DNA from: Thalassotalea marina
GTDB taxonomy: Bacteria > Pseudomonadota > Gammaproteobacteria > Enterobacterales > Alteromonadaceae
DNA: 64,000 nt
NCBI RefSeq assembly: GCF_014656435.1
Contig: NZ_BNCK01000006.1
Location: 1 to 64,000 of the forward strand
Direction of reading: 5' to 3'
In this document: in pieces, positions 31,289-42,219 of the stretch
Layout: each line of letters begins with the position of its first letter
How positions within the stretch are numbered: the first letter of the stretch is position 1
Notes under the pieces: model-generated
What the model saw: only the letters and a program-made list of their open reading frames with translations
The model's database searches: none
Told to the model about the DNA's origin: nothing
Translations under genes and position numbers: made by a program

Positions 31289-32098
31289 TTAATTAAACAC
31301 CCAGGCAAGTCCTAACCCAACTGAAACATTTTCTTTTTGTTGCACGAGAGGGCTGTTTTCATTTTTACTACCACCGATATGGCGATAAAGCACAAAGCCA
31401 GCAAGCCACCATTGCTGTTTGCGATAAACAAGCCCAGAAGATAAGCTGGTGCCTAGGTATCCTGATTTAGCATCAAACGCTGGGCGATGAGCAAGTTGAT
31501 ACTGTTTGTCTACCTGATAATAAACATCTTGATATGTTTCAGAGGCAAAGTTTACCGTTAAACGATTTTGCCAAGTTAACTGCCCCTGATTAACTGCAGC
31601 TAATGTATGTTGTGCATGTAACGCAGTGCCATATTGCCACCCAGCATCAGACAATGTAGAAAAATCTGTCATGATTGCTTTGCGCGTGAACAATTCAGTA
31701 AAGAGCTTGTTATCTGCTGACGGCGTACCTGACAAATAATATTTGATGGCGCCGCCAAGCTGGAAAGTCCAATCAATGTCAGGCATACCAGAGCGAATAG
31801 CCACATCATCACTGTTTACGGGCAACTGCGCTGACACCGAAAAATCAACATATAAACGTTGTGTTTGCCACAAGCTGCTGAGCAGACCATCGCGATCAAC
31901 TTTGATGTGTTTGTCTTGATAATACACATAAGGCAGTGGAACTATATGTTGGCGATAATCCTTTGCCCCAGCATATTCTGGAACATGAAGCGCAAAGGCA
32001 CCAACACCAATTTCAAAAATTCGTTCAGGCTGCTCGCCAGCCTCTGTTAACGTAGCGCACAAAAGTAATAGTGCACAAAACAATCCTTGTCGTTTCAA
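31289..32098 (-). CDS. MipA/OmpV-family outer-membrane beta-barrel protein (last gene of the aryl-polyene operon)
   Basis: Signal peptide. Alternating amphipathic beta-strands. C-terminal aromatic residue (...GLGLAWVFN). 3-bp gap to the upstream KS gene. Confidence 0.55.
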   Translation of the reverse strand: MKRQGLFCALLLLCATLTEAGEQPERIFEIGVGAFALHVPEYAGAKDYRQHIVPLPYVYYQDKHIKVDRDGLLSSLWQTQRLYVDFSVSAQLPVNSDDVAIRSGMPDIDWTFQLGGAIKYYLSGTPSADNKLFTELFTRKAIMTDFSTLSDAGWQYGTALHAQHTLAAVNQGQLTWQNRLTVNFASETYQDVYYQVDKQYQLAHRPAFDAKSGYLGTSLSSGLVYRKQQWWLAGFVLYRHIGGSKNENSPLVQQKENVSVGLGLAWVFN

Positions 32099-32101
32099 TG
32101 A

Positions 32102-33325
32102 TTAGTTCCAGCGTTTAAAAATAAGAGAGGTGTTGATACCACCAAAGGCAAAGTTATTACTCATTACATGATTGGTAACAATTTCTCTGCCAGCGCCTCG
32201 AACATAGTCAAGTTCAGCACACTCTGGATCAATAGTGTCTAAATTGATGGTTGGAGCAAACCAGTTGTCATTCATCATATTGATACAAGCCCATGCTTCA
32301 ATTGCCCCACAGGCACCTAGCGTATGGCCTAAGTAACTTTTAAGTGAGCTTATTGGCACTTGCCCCAACATTTGGTGTGTTGCATGTGTTTCTGCAATAT
32401 CACCGCGTTCCGTTGCTGTACCATGTGCATTGACATAACCAATTTGTGTAGCATCCAAGTTAGCATCTTCAAGTGCTAATTTAATCGCGCCAGCCATGGT
32501 TGCTTGTGTCGGTTGAGTTACATGCACACCATCGGCATTGGTGCCAAAGCCAACAAGCTCAGCCAAAATTGTTGCGCCACGAGCTTGGGCATGTTCTAAC
32601 TCTTCTAACACCAAAGTACAGGCGCCTTCGCCAATAACTAAGCCATCTCTTGAGGCTTCAAAAGGACGAGGGGATGATTTAGGGGCATCATTTTTAATAC
32701 TTGTCGCAAAAAGTGTATCAAAAACTGCAGCTTCTGTGACACAAAGCTCCTCTGCACCGCCTGCAACCATCACTTTTTGCTTGCCATATTTAATGGCTTC
32801 ATAAGCATAACCTATGCCCTGGGAGCCAGAAGTACACGCAGAGCTAGTAGTAATAGTGCGCCCTTTTAACTCAAAAAACACACCAACATTTACTGCCGTA
32901 GTATGAGCCATCATTTGAATGTAACTTGTTGCTGTTACGCCGGACATTTCACCATTTTTCATCAAGTTACCAAAAGGCACAATAGGATTGGTTGAACCAG
33001 TAGATGAACCATACGCAATACCCGTTGAACCATCAGTTAAACAGTCTTTATCAATTAAATCTGCTTGAGTAAGTGCTCTTTCTGTCGCCAGCGTTGCCAT
33101 TAATGAAACGCGCCCCATCGAGCGAACTTTCTGTCGTTTATAGTGTTTTGGCTTTTCAAAGTCTGTTACTGGCGCCGCTAAACGGGTGTTTAATCCGTCA
33201 ACATAATCCCATTCAGACATGTTGACGACTGCATTTTCGCCTTTAACTAACGCGCCTTTAAATGTTTGCCAATCTTGCCCTAAAGACGTGATGGCAGACA
33301 TTCCAGTCACAACTACACGTTTCAT
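32102..33325 (-). CDS. Beta-ketoacyl-ACP synthase (KAS I/II-like, elongating KS)
   Basis: Active-site Cys in TSSACTSGSQGIGY. His residues in NAHGTATERGD and GHTLGACGAIEA. TAATG overlap with the upstream gene. Confidence 0.85.
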   Translation of the reverse strand: MKRVVVTGMSAITSLGQDWQTFKGALVKGENAVVNMSEWDYVDGLNTRLAAPVTDFEKPKHYKRQKVRSMGRVSLMATLATERALTQADLIDKDCLTDGSTGIAYGSSTGSTNPIVPFGNLMKNGEMSGVTATSYIQMMAHTTAVNVGVFFELKGRTITTSSACTSGSQGIGYAYEAIKYGKQKVMVAGGAEELCVTEAAVFDTLFATSIKNDAPKSSPRPFEASRDGLVIGEGACTLVLEELEHAQARGATILAELVGFGTNADGVHVTQPTQATMAGAIKLALEDANLDATQIGYVNAHGTATERGDIAETHATHQMLGQVPISSLKSYLGHTLGACGAIEAWACINMMNDNWFAPTINLDTIDPECAELDYVRGAGREIVTNHVMSNNFAFGGINTSLIFKRWN

Positions 33326-34050
33326 TATACTAACCCACCATTTACTGATAACACTTGGCGTGTCATGTAAGCAGAGTCGTCAGACATTAAAAATGCCACG
33401 GTTCCTGCAACTTCTTCAACCTTGCCCATGCGTTTAATCGGCACTAATTTTAAGATTTCATCAACAGGCAAATCGTCGGTCATTTCAGTTTCTATCAACC
33501 CAGGCGCTACACAGTTTACGGTAATTTTTCTTTTGGCTAGCTCTAACGCCAAAGCTTTAGTTGCACCAATAATACCTGCCTTGGCGGCACTGTAATTAAC
33601 TTGGCCTCGATTACCAGCAATACCAGATACTGACGCCATGGTGACAATACGACCACCCTTTCGAGCTTGAACCATAGGCATTACCGTTGGATGTACAACA
33701 TTGTAGAAACCTTCCAATCCTGTTTTTATAACGGCATCCCAATCATCACCTGACATGGCAGGAAACGCCATATCTCGTGTAATACCTGCATTGCAGACTA
33801 CGCCGTAATATGCACCATATTGTTCAATATCTTGCTCAATGGCTTGTTGCGCTAATTGGCGATCACAAACATCAAATTGCAACACAGATGCATCTTGCCC
33901 CATGTCTTTTATTTCTTGAGCAACCGCTTGCGCTTGTTCTATTTGGCTGCGGCAATGTACAGTAATGTCAAATCCTTGCTTTGCTAACCTTAATGCAATG
34001 GCTCGCCCAATACCGCGACTTGAACCCGTTACTAATACACGTTTATTCAT
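33325..34050 (-). CDS. 3-oxoacyl-ACP reductase (FabG-like SDR)
   Basis: VLVTGSSRGIGRAIA Rossmann motif. YSAAK catalytic YxxxK. Confidence 0.85.
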   Translation of the reverse strand: MNKRVLVTGSSRGIGRAIALRLAKQGFDITVHCRSQIEQAQAVAQEIKDMGQDASVLQFDVCDRQLAQQAIEQDIEQYGAYYGVVCNAGITRDMAFPAMSGDDWDAVIKTGLEGFYNVVHPTVMPMVQARKGGRIVTMASVSGIAGNRGQVNYSAAKAGIIGATKALALELAKRKITVNCVAPGLIETEMTDDLPVDEILKLVPIKRMGKVEEVAGTVAFLMSDDSAYMTRQVLSVNGGLV

Positions 34051-34502
34051 TATTGTTCCTTTAAAAATGCTATTGGGTTTTCAGGTTGAAAGGCATTCAC
34101 TTTCGCCTGTGCAATCACTTGGTTTTCACGTTCTATTTTACATTCAAAAACCGTTAAACCTGAGTCGTCTCGATAGAGCTCTTCAACATGAACTTGATAA
34201 CTTTCACCCAATTCAAATGCAGGTTGAAACGTTTGATATTTGCGACTACCCAGTAAAAAACCTATATCAATTTTTTTATCTTTATCTAATGCATTAGCAC
34301 CAGCAAAAGCGGCGATAGTTTGAGCCATATATTCAATGCCGATATAGCTTGGGACCCCTTGAAGCTGTTCTTGATAAAAGGGAGAAGTTGGCAAAATATC
34401 TACCTCACAGGTCGCCGAGTCAGCCGTATAGTGAGTTAATCGAGACAACAAAATCATTGGTTCGCGATGAGCAATCACCTCTTCAATCGCGTAGTTTTTC
34501 AT
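34050..34502 (-). CDS. Hotdog-fold 3-hydroxyacyl-ACP dehydratase (aryl-polyene type)
   Basis: 150-aa hotdog fold. Translationally coupled between the KS and FabG genes. Confidence 0.6.
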   Translation of the reverse strand: MKNYAIEEVIAHREPMILLSRLTHYTADSATCEVDILPTSPFYQEQLQGVPSYIGIEYMAQTIAAFAGANALDKDKKIDIGFLLGSRKYQTFQPAFELGESYQVHVEELYRDDSGLTVFECKIERENQVIAQAKVNAFQPENPIAFLKEQ

Positions 34503-35689
34503 GCGGTTTTACCCAAAATAACACTGATATTATTGCCACCAAAAGCAAAAGAATTAGACAAAGCATTGTCTAATCGCTGTACTGAGTGGCCTTGAGAAAC
34601 GGCAATTCTAGCAAGATCAGGCGCAATTCCAAAGTCACTTTTATTTTTTGGTAAAGCACCGTGTGTATTGCGTGGTGAAAGTAACAGCCACAGTAGTGCA
34701 GCTTCAATTGCGCCAGCAGCCCCTAAGGTATGGCCAGTAAATCGTTTGGTTGAGCTGCAAGGTACTTGCTCGCCAAACACCTGTGAAACTGCAAGTGTTT
34801 CCATGGCATCATTTTTGGGCGTCGCCGTCCCATGTAGGTTGATATAATCAATGTCTTGCCCTGATAAACCTGCATCGTTTAACGCTTGCTGCATCGCTGA
34901 TTGAGCACCAATCCCTTCTGGGTGTGGCGCAGAAATATGATGAGCATCAGAGGTTTCACCTACACCACGCAACATGATAGGGCTAGTTTGACGAGACATA
35001 ACAAATAAAGCCGCCCCTTCACCAATGTTAATGCCGTCTCGTTCAGCTGATAATGGGTTACATAAAGTCGCTGCAATTGACTCTAATGCATTAAAACCGT
35101 TATTGGGTAAATGGCTTAGCGTATCTACACCACCACAAATAACAAGGTCAGCTAAATCACTTTGCAATAACGCTCTGGCGCTGGCCAAGGCTTTTGCACT
35201 AGAGCTACAAGCGGTAGAAATACTGTAAACAGGGCCTTTGGCACCACTTACCGTCGCAATAAAGTCAGCGGGTGACACCATTTCTTGTAGTGCGTAATCA
35301 AAATCACTTGGCCATTGCTGATGGTCACAAAATACTTGTCGCGCCACTTCCCCTTCTTTAATGCCCGAGGTACTTGTGCCAACAACGACTGCTATGCGTG
35401 TTGCTGGCATATCTTGCGTTAACATATCAATAGCGGGCTTAATTTGCTGATAGGCCAACATCGCTAATTGATTGTTTCGAGTTTGCATCGCTGGCTCATA
35501 ACCGTCCAACAGGCTTTGCATATTGCTGGTTTCAGCAACTTGACCACACCAAAATACTTTGTCGCTATCTAACGCTTTTGACCAAGGTTTTAAGTATTCT
35601 TCATCGGCCTTGTTGATCAGCGAATCAAAAACGCTATCTTTATCATGACCAAGGGAACAAACAATACCAACATCGTTTAAGAAACTCAT
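34499..35689 (-). CDS. Beta-ketoacyl-ACP synthase (second KS)
   Basis: STACSSSAKAL (Cys), NLHGTATPKND and GHTLGAAGAIEA. Confidence 0.85.
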   Translation of the reverse strand: MSFLNDVGIVCSLGHDKDSVFDSLINKADEEYLKPWSKALDSDKVFWCGQVAETSNMQSLLDGYEPAMQTRNNQLAMLAYQQIKPAIDMLTQDMPATRIAVVVGTSTSGIKEGEVARQVFCDHQQWPSDFDYALQEMVSPADFIATVSGAKGPVYSISTACSSSAKALASARALLQSDLADLVICGGVDTLSHLPNNGFNALESIAATLCNPLSAERDGINIGEGAALFVMSRQTSPIMLRGVGETSDAHHISAPHPEGIGAQSAMQQALNDAGLSGQDIDYINLHGTATPKNDAMETLAVSQVFGEQVPCSSTKRFTGHTLGAAGAIEAALLWLLLSPRNTHGALPKNKSDFGIAPDLARIAVSQGHSVQRLDNALSNSFAFGGNNISVILGKTA

Positions 35690-36240
35690 GAGTTTTGCCT
35701 CAGATTTTTAATGCTAAGCTGGTAGCCACGTGTTTTATGCGAAAAGTGTATCAGCTGCTCGGTATATCGCACTTCAATCACTAAAGTATCCTGATGATAA
35801 ATACGACGATACCTATCACCATTTTCTATCTCTTCAACTAACCTAGCGCCAACAAGCTGACTTTGCACGTCATTCAGTGGCAAGTGTATGACTTGCATAT
35901 CCGCCAAAACATACTCTGCCTTCATCGGTATTGGGATATATCGCTTTGTTGATATCTCGCCTGTTGCACTTTGCGTTAATTCAAACAAGGGAACACCTTG
36001 CAATGACACACCTACCATCACAAATTTATTATGGTTAACTTCAGTGGTCACCAGCATTTGATGGCTTTGTTGAGCAAATTGTCCAGTGACTAACACCTGA
36101 GTATCAGCAAAGGTATTATTTTGCGTTAACACTTGTAATGGCCAATTAACACCTGGCGACAATGTCACTTGACCAGCAGGTAAAGTCACACTGCAGCCCA
36201 TTAATCCCATAAAAAAAACTAGGCTTAACCATTTTTGCAT
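35686..36240 (-). CDS. Lipoprotein of unknown function (the DUF3261-like position in aryl-polyene clusters)
   Basis: Lipobox MGLMGC|S. Co-operonic with ATGA overlaps. Confidence 0.5.
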   Translation of the reverse strand: MQKWLSLVFFMGLMGCSVTLPAGQVTLSPGVNWPLQVLTQNNTFADTQVLVTGQFAQQSHQMLVTTEVNHNKFVMVGVSLQGVPLFELTQSATGEISTKRYIPIPMKAEYVLADMQVIHLPLNDVQSQLVGARLVEEIENGDRYRRIYHQDTLVIEVRYTEQLIHFSHKTRGYQLSIKNLRQNS

Positions 36241-37466
36241 AATTGCGCCAATACGTTTAAACGTCGTTCACTTTGAGCGACATACGGGTTTTCTATATCC
36301 CATGCATAACCTGCCAATATTGAGCTGATCATGCTTTTCACTTGTTGATCTTGTTGACCGTAGAAAATAACATCTTGAAATCGCCCATCATACCACGCGG
36401 TGACAAACGTTCTAAAACAGTCTACACCTGCTTTTAATGGCTTTGCATAGTCATTTTCTAGATCTATAGACTCGCCATTAAGTTTGCGAACAATTAACGG
36501 CGCAATCAGTGAGGCCGACTTTAATGCGATGGTTACCCCAGAAGAAAAAACTGGATCTAAAAATTCACCAGCATTACCTAACAACGCAAAATTGTTGCCA
36601 TGTAAACGCGACACATTGGCTGAATAACCTTTGATTGTTCTGACATTGTTTGCCAACGTAGCTTGGGCAAGAAGCGCTTTTAAATTGTCCGCTTGTTCGA
36701 TAAAAGACAATAAGGTTTGTTGCTCGGTTAAGCTAGGGTCAAACCGCGCTGGCTCACCCACAACCCCGACACTGGCTGTGCCGTCTGAAAAAGGGATCAG
36801 CCAATACCAAACATCTTTGTACTGTGGATGCACAGTGATCAAAATTTTATCGCGGTCAAAGCTAGGATCAGTGATTTGGTCATTAAAGTGCGCAAAAAAT
36901 GAATGACGTACAGGAAAATCTGACGGCGTTTCTAAATCCAGTAAACGCGGTAAAACACGACCAAAGCCGCTAGCATCTAGCAAAAACTGACCTTGAACTT
37001 GATACTCGTTACCCTGTTCATCTTGTACATCAATTGTTGGCTGGTCATCAGCAACATTTACCGCAAGCACTTGATGACCATATCGAATTTCAACGCCTTG
37101 CGCCTCGGCACCATCAGCAAGCACTTTGTCAAAATCAGCACGTTTAACTTGAAACGTTGTGCCAGGTCCAGTGCTAAATTTCTGTGTAAAATCAAACTCA
37201 ATGTCATGAACCTGATTACAAAATGCCGCACCATTTTTAAACTGAAATGCCAATGACGGTGCTTGTTCTGTAACCTGATCAACTAATCCAGCTTGTGCTA
37301 AAAATTCCATACATTGGGGCAATAAACTTTCGCCAATAGAAAAACGTGGAAAGTGTTCTTTTTCGACAATAAGGACCTTAATTCCCTCTCGCGCTAACAT
37401 CGCGCCAGCAACGGCACCAGAAGGGCCAGCACCTATGATAATGACATCAACTGTTTCTGTTTTCAT
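36225..37466 (-). CDS. Flavin-dependent halogenase-like FAD monooxygenase
   Basis: GxGxxG VIIIGAGPSGAVAG. Halogenase signature WxWxIP present as VWYWLIPF. IGESLLP segment. Confidence 0.65.
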   Translation of the reverse strand: MKTETVDVIIIGAGPSGAVAGAMLAREGIKVLIVEKEHFPRFSIGESLLPQCMEFLAQAGLVDQVTEQAPSLAFQFKNGAAFCNQVHDIEFDFTQKFSTGPGTTFQVKRADFDKVLADGAEAQGVEIRYGHQVLAVNVADDQPTIDVQDEQGNEYQVQGQFLLDASGFGRVLPRLLDLETPSDFPVRHSFFAHFNDQITDPSFDRDKILITVHPQYKDVWYWLIPFSDGTASVGVVGEPARFDPSLTEQQTLLSFIEQADNLKALLAQATLANNVRTIKGYSANVSRLHGNNFALLGNAGEFLDPVFSSGVTIALKSASLIAPLIVRKLNGESIDLENDYAKPLKAGVDCFRTFVTAWYDGRFQDVIFYGQQDQQVKSMISSILAGYAWDIENPYVAQSERRLNVLAQLCKNG

Positions 37467-39684
37467 TTTCTTCCTTTACAACGAGTGGCGCCAAAACATA
37501 AACCAAGATCAGGCCAAATGTTACGGTTAATCCAAAATGATAAATCGCTGGTGTTTTACTCAAGGCTAACATGCCAAACACCATTAATGAGGACGCCGAC
37601 GAGAGGCTAATTGCTAACACATTGCCTTGTGTTACCTGCCGCTCGCGATAAAAAATAAGATAATCTACTGCTAAACCAATCACTAAAATGGCACTGAGTA
37701 AATTGAATAAAGTTAAATGACCTTGCACTTGTTGCGCTAGCACCAATGCACCATAAATAGTGCCAGCCAATACGACACTGGCTTTTAATGCGGTTTTCAC
37801 ATCAAAACGCCAGCAAAGAATAAGTAAAATAATGCCAACAGCGAACATTAACCAATAACTAAGCTGATGCCTAAAATGTATCAATACCTTGTTTAACGAC
37901 GTCTGTTTATCAAACATCATCATGTTTGGCTCTGATGCAATAAGCGCAGACACTTGCTCACTACTGATACCGCTAAGTTCAACAATAGACACATGATTAT
38001 TATCAACAGTTGTATAAAGGTGCGAAAAATAGTCCGTTACCGTTTCTTGGTTAAGTGTTTGATAACTTAAAAACCTTGGCCGCTCGTTGACGCTAAAGGT
38101 TGGCATCATGTGTTGAAGCGCGGCAAACACACCACTAGATTCAGCCTGCTGATAACGGGCAAAATTGTTGGCCTGCCTCTGTTCAGATGGCAACCAATCA
38201 CTTAATTTATTGATTTTAACTTGTGGGTAATGACTATGCAGTTTAGTGGCTAAGCTTTCTTCTTGTTGCAACAGCTCCTCTAAACTATCGGCGTAAACAA
38301 ACACACGGACTTTATCTTGCTGTTGCAATAATTGACCATGATAATGCTCCGCTTGCAACAAGGCAGTAGAGCTGGCATTAAACTGTTTAATACTGTCGTC
38401 AAACGATAAGGGCTTAAAAAAAGACCACACAATAAACGTACCCACAAAGACGATGGTAAATTGCTGAGCTCGCTTGATGTATCGCTTAAACACCACAAGT
38501 TCAATTGTTCTTTTGTTGGATAAATCTGCTCGTTTTATTAAACGCTCTTCCAGTGTCAAGCTAACTAACAAAGCGGCAAAAAGTCCAGCACCAACAAACA
38601 CGGCGACCTGTTTTAAAATGGCTAATGGCGTAAAGTAAAACAAGGCATAACATAAAGCGGTGGTTAAAAAGGCAAACACAAGTGTTCGGCTAACCTTAAC
38701 TGACGTTTTAACCTGATGATGTGACAATACATGCAAGCTATAATCTACAGCCAAACCAATGAGTGTGACACCAAAAACTAATGTCATTAAGTGCACTTGC
38801 TCAAAGCACCACACTAATGCGGTAAAGCCCGTAAACATAGCCAAAGCAACCGAGCTAACCATCCAGATCAACGGGGCAAACGCTTTAAATGCCCACATCA
38901 CCAATAACATGGTGCCAAATAAACTCAGCGCGCCAAAGGTGTTCATTTCCCATTTGGCCTGTGCTGCATTTTGTGCAGTGTGAAGTGCTATGCCTGAACT
39001 GGTAATTTTCACATTAGGGTAAAGTGTCGCTAACCGTTGCTGCTCGTTAGCAAGGCGGTTTGCCACCTCAATGGCATAATCAAGCTTATTCATTTGACTG
39101 TGCTGTGGCGCAATATCAATAAAAGCCAGTACCGGTTTGCCTGCTTGGTGAGCAGCAACAAAGCGGTTGTTTTCAACTTGTAAATTAACGTTATTACTTA
39201 ACAAATAAGCCAGGTAGCTAGCACTAGCTAAGCTTGGGTCTTGACTAAAAGTTTTACTGACAAATGGCTGAGCTATTTGTGATAGTTGCTGAGCAAAAAA
39301 TGAATGAAAACGCTCAGTAGAATCAAGTTGCGCTTGGTAACTTGGACTTAATAACAAACCAGCATAGGGTGTATAAACATCGGCTAATTTTTCCAACACT
39401 GCGGCATCTGCCACTTTAAGTTTCCAGCCTTGTTTGTTAACAAACTGCACAAACTCGTCATAGGCAGCTGTTTTTTTATCACCAACAAACGAAACCACCA
39501 GCTGATTGCTCAGCCGCTCAAATAATAGCGACTCGGCATCTAAAATAATTTGTTTATCATTTCCTGCTGGCAGCACAGATAACATGTCTGCTTGAAACTT
39601 TATCCCCTTTGTTATGGCGATAACAAAAAGCACACTGATGATCAGTGTATGTAAAGCAAGCACATGTATTTTAGCCAGCTTCAA
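37447..39684 (-). CDS. MMPL/RND-superfamily membrane exporter
   Basis: 745 aa with two clusters of ~6 TM helices and periplasmic loops. TTG start preceded by an AAGGAG RBS. Confidence 0.7.
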   Translation of the reverse strand: MKLAKIHVLALHTLIISVLFVIAITKGIKFQADMLSVLPAGNDKQIILDAESLLFERLSNQLVVSFVGDKKTAAYDEFVQFVNKQGWKLKVADAAVLEKLADVYTPYAGLLLSPSYQAQLDSTERFHSFFAQQLSQIAQPFVSKTFSQDPSLASASYLAYLLSNNVNLQVENNRFVAAHQAGKPVLAFIDIAPQHSQMNKLDYAIEVANRLANEQQRLATLYPNVKITSSGIALHTAQNAAQAKWEMNTFGALSLFGTMLLVMWAFKAFAPLIWMVSSVALAMFTGFTALVWCFEQVHLMTLVFGVTLIGLAVDYSLHVLSHHQVKTSVKVSRTLVFAFLTTALCYALFYFTPLAILKQVAVFVGAGLFAALLVSLTLEERLIKRADLSNKRTIELVVFKRYIKRAQQFTIVFVGTFIVWSFFKPLSFDDSIKQFNASSTALLQAEHYHGQLLQQQDKVRVFVYADSLEELLQQEESLATKLHSHYPQVKINKLSDWLPSEQRQANNFARYQQAESSGVFAALQHMMPTFSVNERPRFLSYQTLNQETVTDYFSHLYTTVDNNHVSIVELSGISSEQVSALIASEPNMMMFDKQTSLNKVLIHFRHQLSYWLMFAVGIILLILCWRFDVKTALKASVVLAGTIYGALVLAQQVQGHLTLFNLLSAILVIGLAVDYLIFYRERQVTQGNVLAISLSSASSLMVFGMLALSKTPAIYHFGLTVTFGLILVYVLAPLVVKEENENRNS

Positions 39685-39689
39685 CTGCC

Positions 39690-40268
39690 CTACTCCTTAG
39701 GCGATGAATTTTCTGCATGGGGAAACACGTTAATTTCGGTGTAATTGTCATTAGGTTCATTCAACCGAATCGATAACATGTTGTTGGCATGACATAACAA
39801 AATAGTATCAGCAATCATAGACATTTGCTTATCGATAGGGGCTAACAATACACATTGTGATTGCTCTGTAGCTGACAACTTAAAATAGGACGATAGCGTT
39901 AATATATCGCCAGTAACCAAGGCATTAATCACACGGATAAAACTTTCAGACAGCGGTAATTGAGTACGTTGGCCATTGGCGTCAATTTGCCAAAGGTTTT
40001 GGCCATCAAACGTTAAAGTAGTTGGCACAGGCGTTTGTGTTGCCCAAATAAATTGCTCAGCATCTTGTTGATAATGACCTGCTGACACAAAAGGCACAGA
40101 CAATACTTTAAAATATTTTTTTTGCTCAAACTTGCCTTGTTTGGCCAAGGTGTTTGGCAAATTTAATACCTTACTCGCTTGTTCTGCTGTTAATGTCGTT
40201 GCTTGCGCATTAAACAACAGAAAAACGAGTGAAATAAAGGTGATTAGCTTAAGCATTAGTCTAACCAA
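39690..40268 (-). CDS. LolA-like outer-membrane lipoprotein carrier-family protein (the likely real ATG at ~40256 overlaps the upstream stop as TAATG)
   Basis: Signal peptide, ~190 aa, LolA-like size and position between the thioesterase and the MMPL exporter. Confidence 0.55.
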   Translation of the reverse strand: MVRLMLKLITFISLVFLLFNAQATTLTAEQASKVLNLPNTLAKQGKFEQKKYFKVLSVPFVSAGHYQQDAEQFIWATQTPVPTTLTFDGQNLWQIDANGQRTQLPLSESFIRVINALVTGDILTLSSYFKLSATEQSQCVLLAPIDKQMSMIADTILLCHANNMLSIRLNEPNDNYTEINVFPHAENSSPKE

Positions 40269-40684
40269 GGTTTAAGTTTTTCTAGGAAAATTGCCGGGCT
40301 TTCAAACTGCATTTCTTTACTATTAATACATACCGCCACTTGGATGGTATATGCTTTAGTCAGTTTTTTTCCGGTTTTAACATCTGATATCACGTAATCA
40401 ATTTTTAAACGAGATTCATATTCTTTTAAATAGGCATCAATGCGTATTTCCTGTGAAAACACAGCAGATCCCACATACTTTAACCGCATATCAATAATGG
40501 GCCATGCAAAGCCGGAGTCATGCATTTGCAAGTAGTCGTAGTCAATTTTACGCAACAATTCTCGACGCGCTTCTTCTAAATATCGCGCGTAGTTACCATG
40601 CCATACAACCTGCATAGGATCACAATCTTGAAAAGGCACATCAACAATGGCATGTGCGCTTAACAATGCATTTTTACTATTCAT
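40256..40684 (-). CDS. Hotdog-fold acyl-CoA/ACP thioesterase (4HBT/YbgC-like)
   Basis: VVWHGNYARYLEEAR motif typical of 4HBT thioesterases. I place the start at the ATG at 40684, 2 nt after the ammonia-lyase stop. The track's 40717 start is TTG. Confidence 0.65.
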   Translation of the reverse strand: MNSKNALLSAHAIVDVPFQDCDPMQVVWHGNYARYLEEARRELLRKIDYDYLQMHDSGFAWPIIDMRLKYVGSAVFSQEIRIDAYLKEYESRLKIDYVISDVKTGKKLTKAYTIQVAVCINSKEMQFESPAIFLEKLKPWLD

Positions 40685-42212
40685 AAAGAGCCCAACGCTT
40701 TTCTTGAATATGAGCAATGGTTTGCCTTAAGACTGACTCTAGTGGTCTATCTTCAGATAAATCATCAAAATACTCACTGATATCTTGATACATTGCCACT
40801 AAAGCTGGTGATAAAGACGTTAACGATACTTCATCTTTGCTGATACGTATTCTAATCGCTTGTACCGCAGCCAATAGCGTGCTGGCTAGTACTTGTTCGG
40901 TTAATTGCAGCACACGTAAACCGTCTCTTGCTGCAATCGTGCCCATACTAACTTTGTCTTGATTGTGACATTCAGTTGAGCGAGAAAACACACTTGCTGG
41001 CATAGTCAGTTTTAGTGCTTCAGCGGTATAGGCTGACGCGCCAATTTGCACCGCTTTAAAGCCATGATTGATAAAGCGACGGGTATCACAACTTGACGAT
41101 AAATTTGCCGGCAAACCGTTGTTGTAACGGGTATCAACCAAAGAGGCAATTTGTCTATCAGCCAAGTCAGCTAAGTTAGCAACAGCTGTTTTTAAGCTGT
41201 CCATCACCATGGCAATATGACCACCGTAAAAATGGCCACCATGTAAAACGTGTTCGCCTATACCATCAATAATCGGGTTATCGTTGGCAGAATTTAATTC
41301 GTTTTCAATGGTAAGTTTGTAAAAAGGTAAACTGTCTTGTAATACACCAATAATATGCGGAGCACAGCGAATTGAATACCTATCTTGCAAACGGTCAGCA
41401 TTTCTTGGGTGTTCGTGGTGATTTAAATCATCACGTATCCAAGCGGCAATTTGCTGTTGTCCTAAGTGTGGTTTTACCGAAAACAATATTTCATCAAAAT
41501 GGTGGCTATTCCCTTTTAAGGCAATGCTCGACAACGCGGTAATACGTGTTGCCAATTTTGCTGCATATTGTGCTCTGTCATAGGCTAAACATGAAAGCGC
41601 TGTCATAACAGCCGTGCCATTCATTATCGCTAAGCCTTCTTTTGGTCTTAACGTTAACGGCGTTAAATTTAGCTCGGCCATCGCCTGTTTACTGTTGACC
41701 ACTTGCTGCTGGTAAAAAACGTCACGTTCACCCACCAGTGCACCTGCAACATAAGAGAGCGGTGTTAAATCACCACTGGCGCCAACAGACCCCTCTTGAG
41801 GGATCACAGGGATCACATCGTGATTAATAAAGGCGGCTAGTAACTGCAATAATTCCCAGCTCACCCCAGAATAACCTTGGGTTAACGAGGCTAGTCGGGC
41901 AGCTAATATTGCTTTGCCTTGTACAAGGCTGAAAATATCGCCTAAACCACAACCGTGAAAACGTGTTAAGTGCAATGGTAATTCGCGTACTAAATTCAAT
42001 GGAATTTCTGTGGTTACCGAATCACCATAACCGGTTGTTACGCCATAGATAACCCCTTCTTCAGCTAATAAGCTATCTAGAAAATTAACAGCGCTATCAA
42101 TACGCTTTGCAAAGCTTTCATCAGCTGAAATTTTAACGCCACTTTCACTGGTAGCAATTGCAACGATGTCGTCAATCGACAGCCTACCATTGCCAAATTC
42201 TATTGCGTTCAT
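40677..42212 (-). CDS. Aromatic amino-acid ammonia-lyase (HAL/PAL/TAL family, MIO cofactor)
   Basis: GSVGASGDLTPLSYVA contains the ASG triad that forms MIO. Start taken at ATG 42212 (MNAIEFGNGRLSIDDIV, AAGG RBS), 7 bp after the upstream gene's stop. Confidence 0.8.
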   Translation of the reverse strand: MNAIEFGNGRLSIDDIVAIATSESGVKISADESFAKRIDSAVNFLDSLLAEEGVIYGVTTGYGDSVTTEIPLNLVRELPLHLTRFHGCGLGDIFSLVQGKAILAARLASLTQGYSGVSWELLQLLAAFINHDVIPVIPQEGSVGASGDLTPLSYVAGALVGERDVFYQQQVVNSKQAMAELNLTPLTLRPKEGLAIMNGTAVMTALSCLAYDRAQYAAKLATRITALSSIALKGNSHHFDEILFSVKPHLGQQQIAAWIRDDLNHHEHPRNADRLQDRYSIRCAPHIIGVLQDSLPFYKLTIENELNSANDNPIIDGIGEHVLHGGHFYGGHIAMVMDSLKTAVANLADLADRQIASLVDTRYNNGLPANLSSSCDTRRFINHGFKAVQIGASAYTAEALKLTMPASVFSRSTECHNQDKVSMGTIAARDGLRVLQLTEQVLASTLLAAVQAIRIRISKDEVSLTSLSPALVAMYQDISEYFDDLSEDRPLESVLRQTIAHIQEKRWALYE

Positions 42213-42219
42213 TTTTACC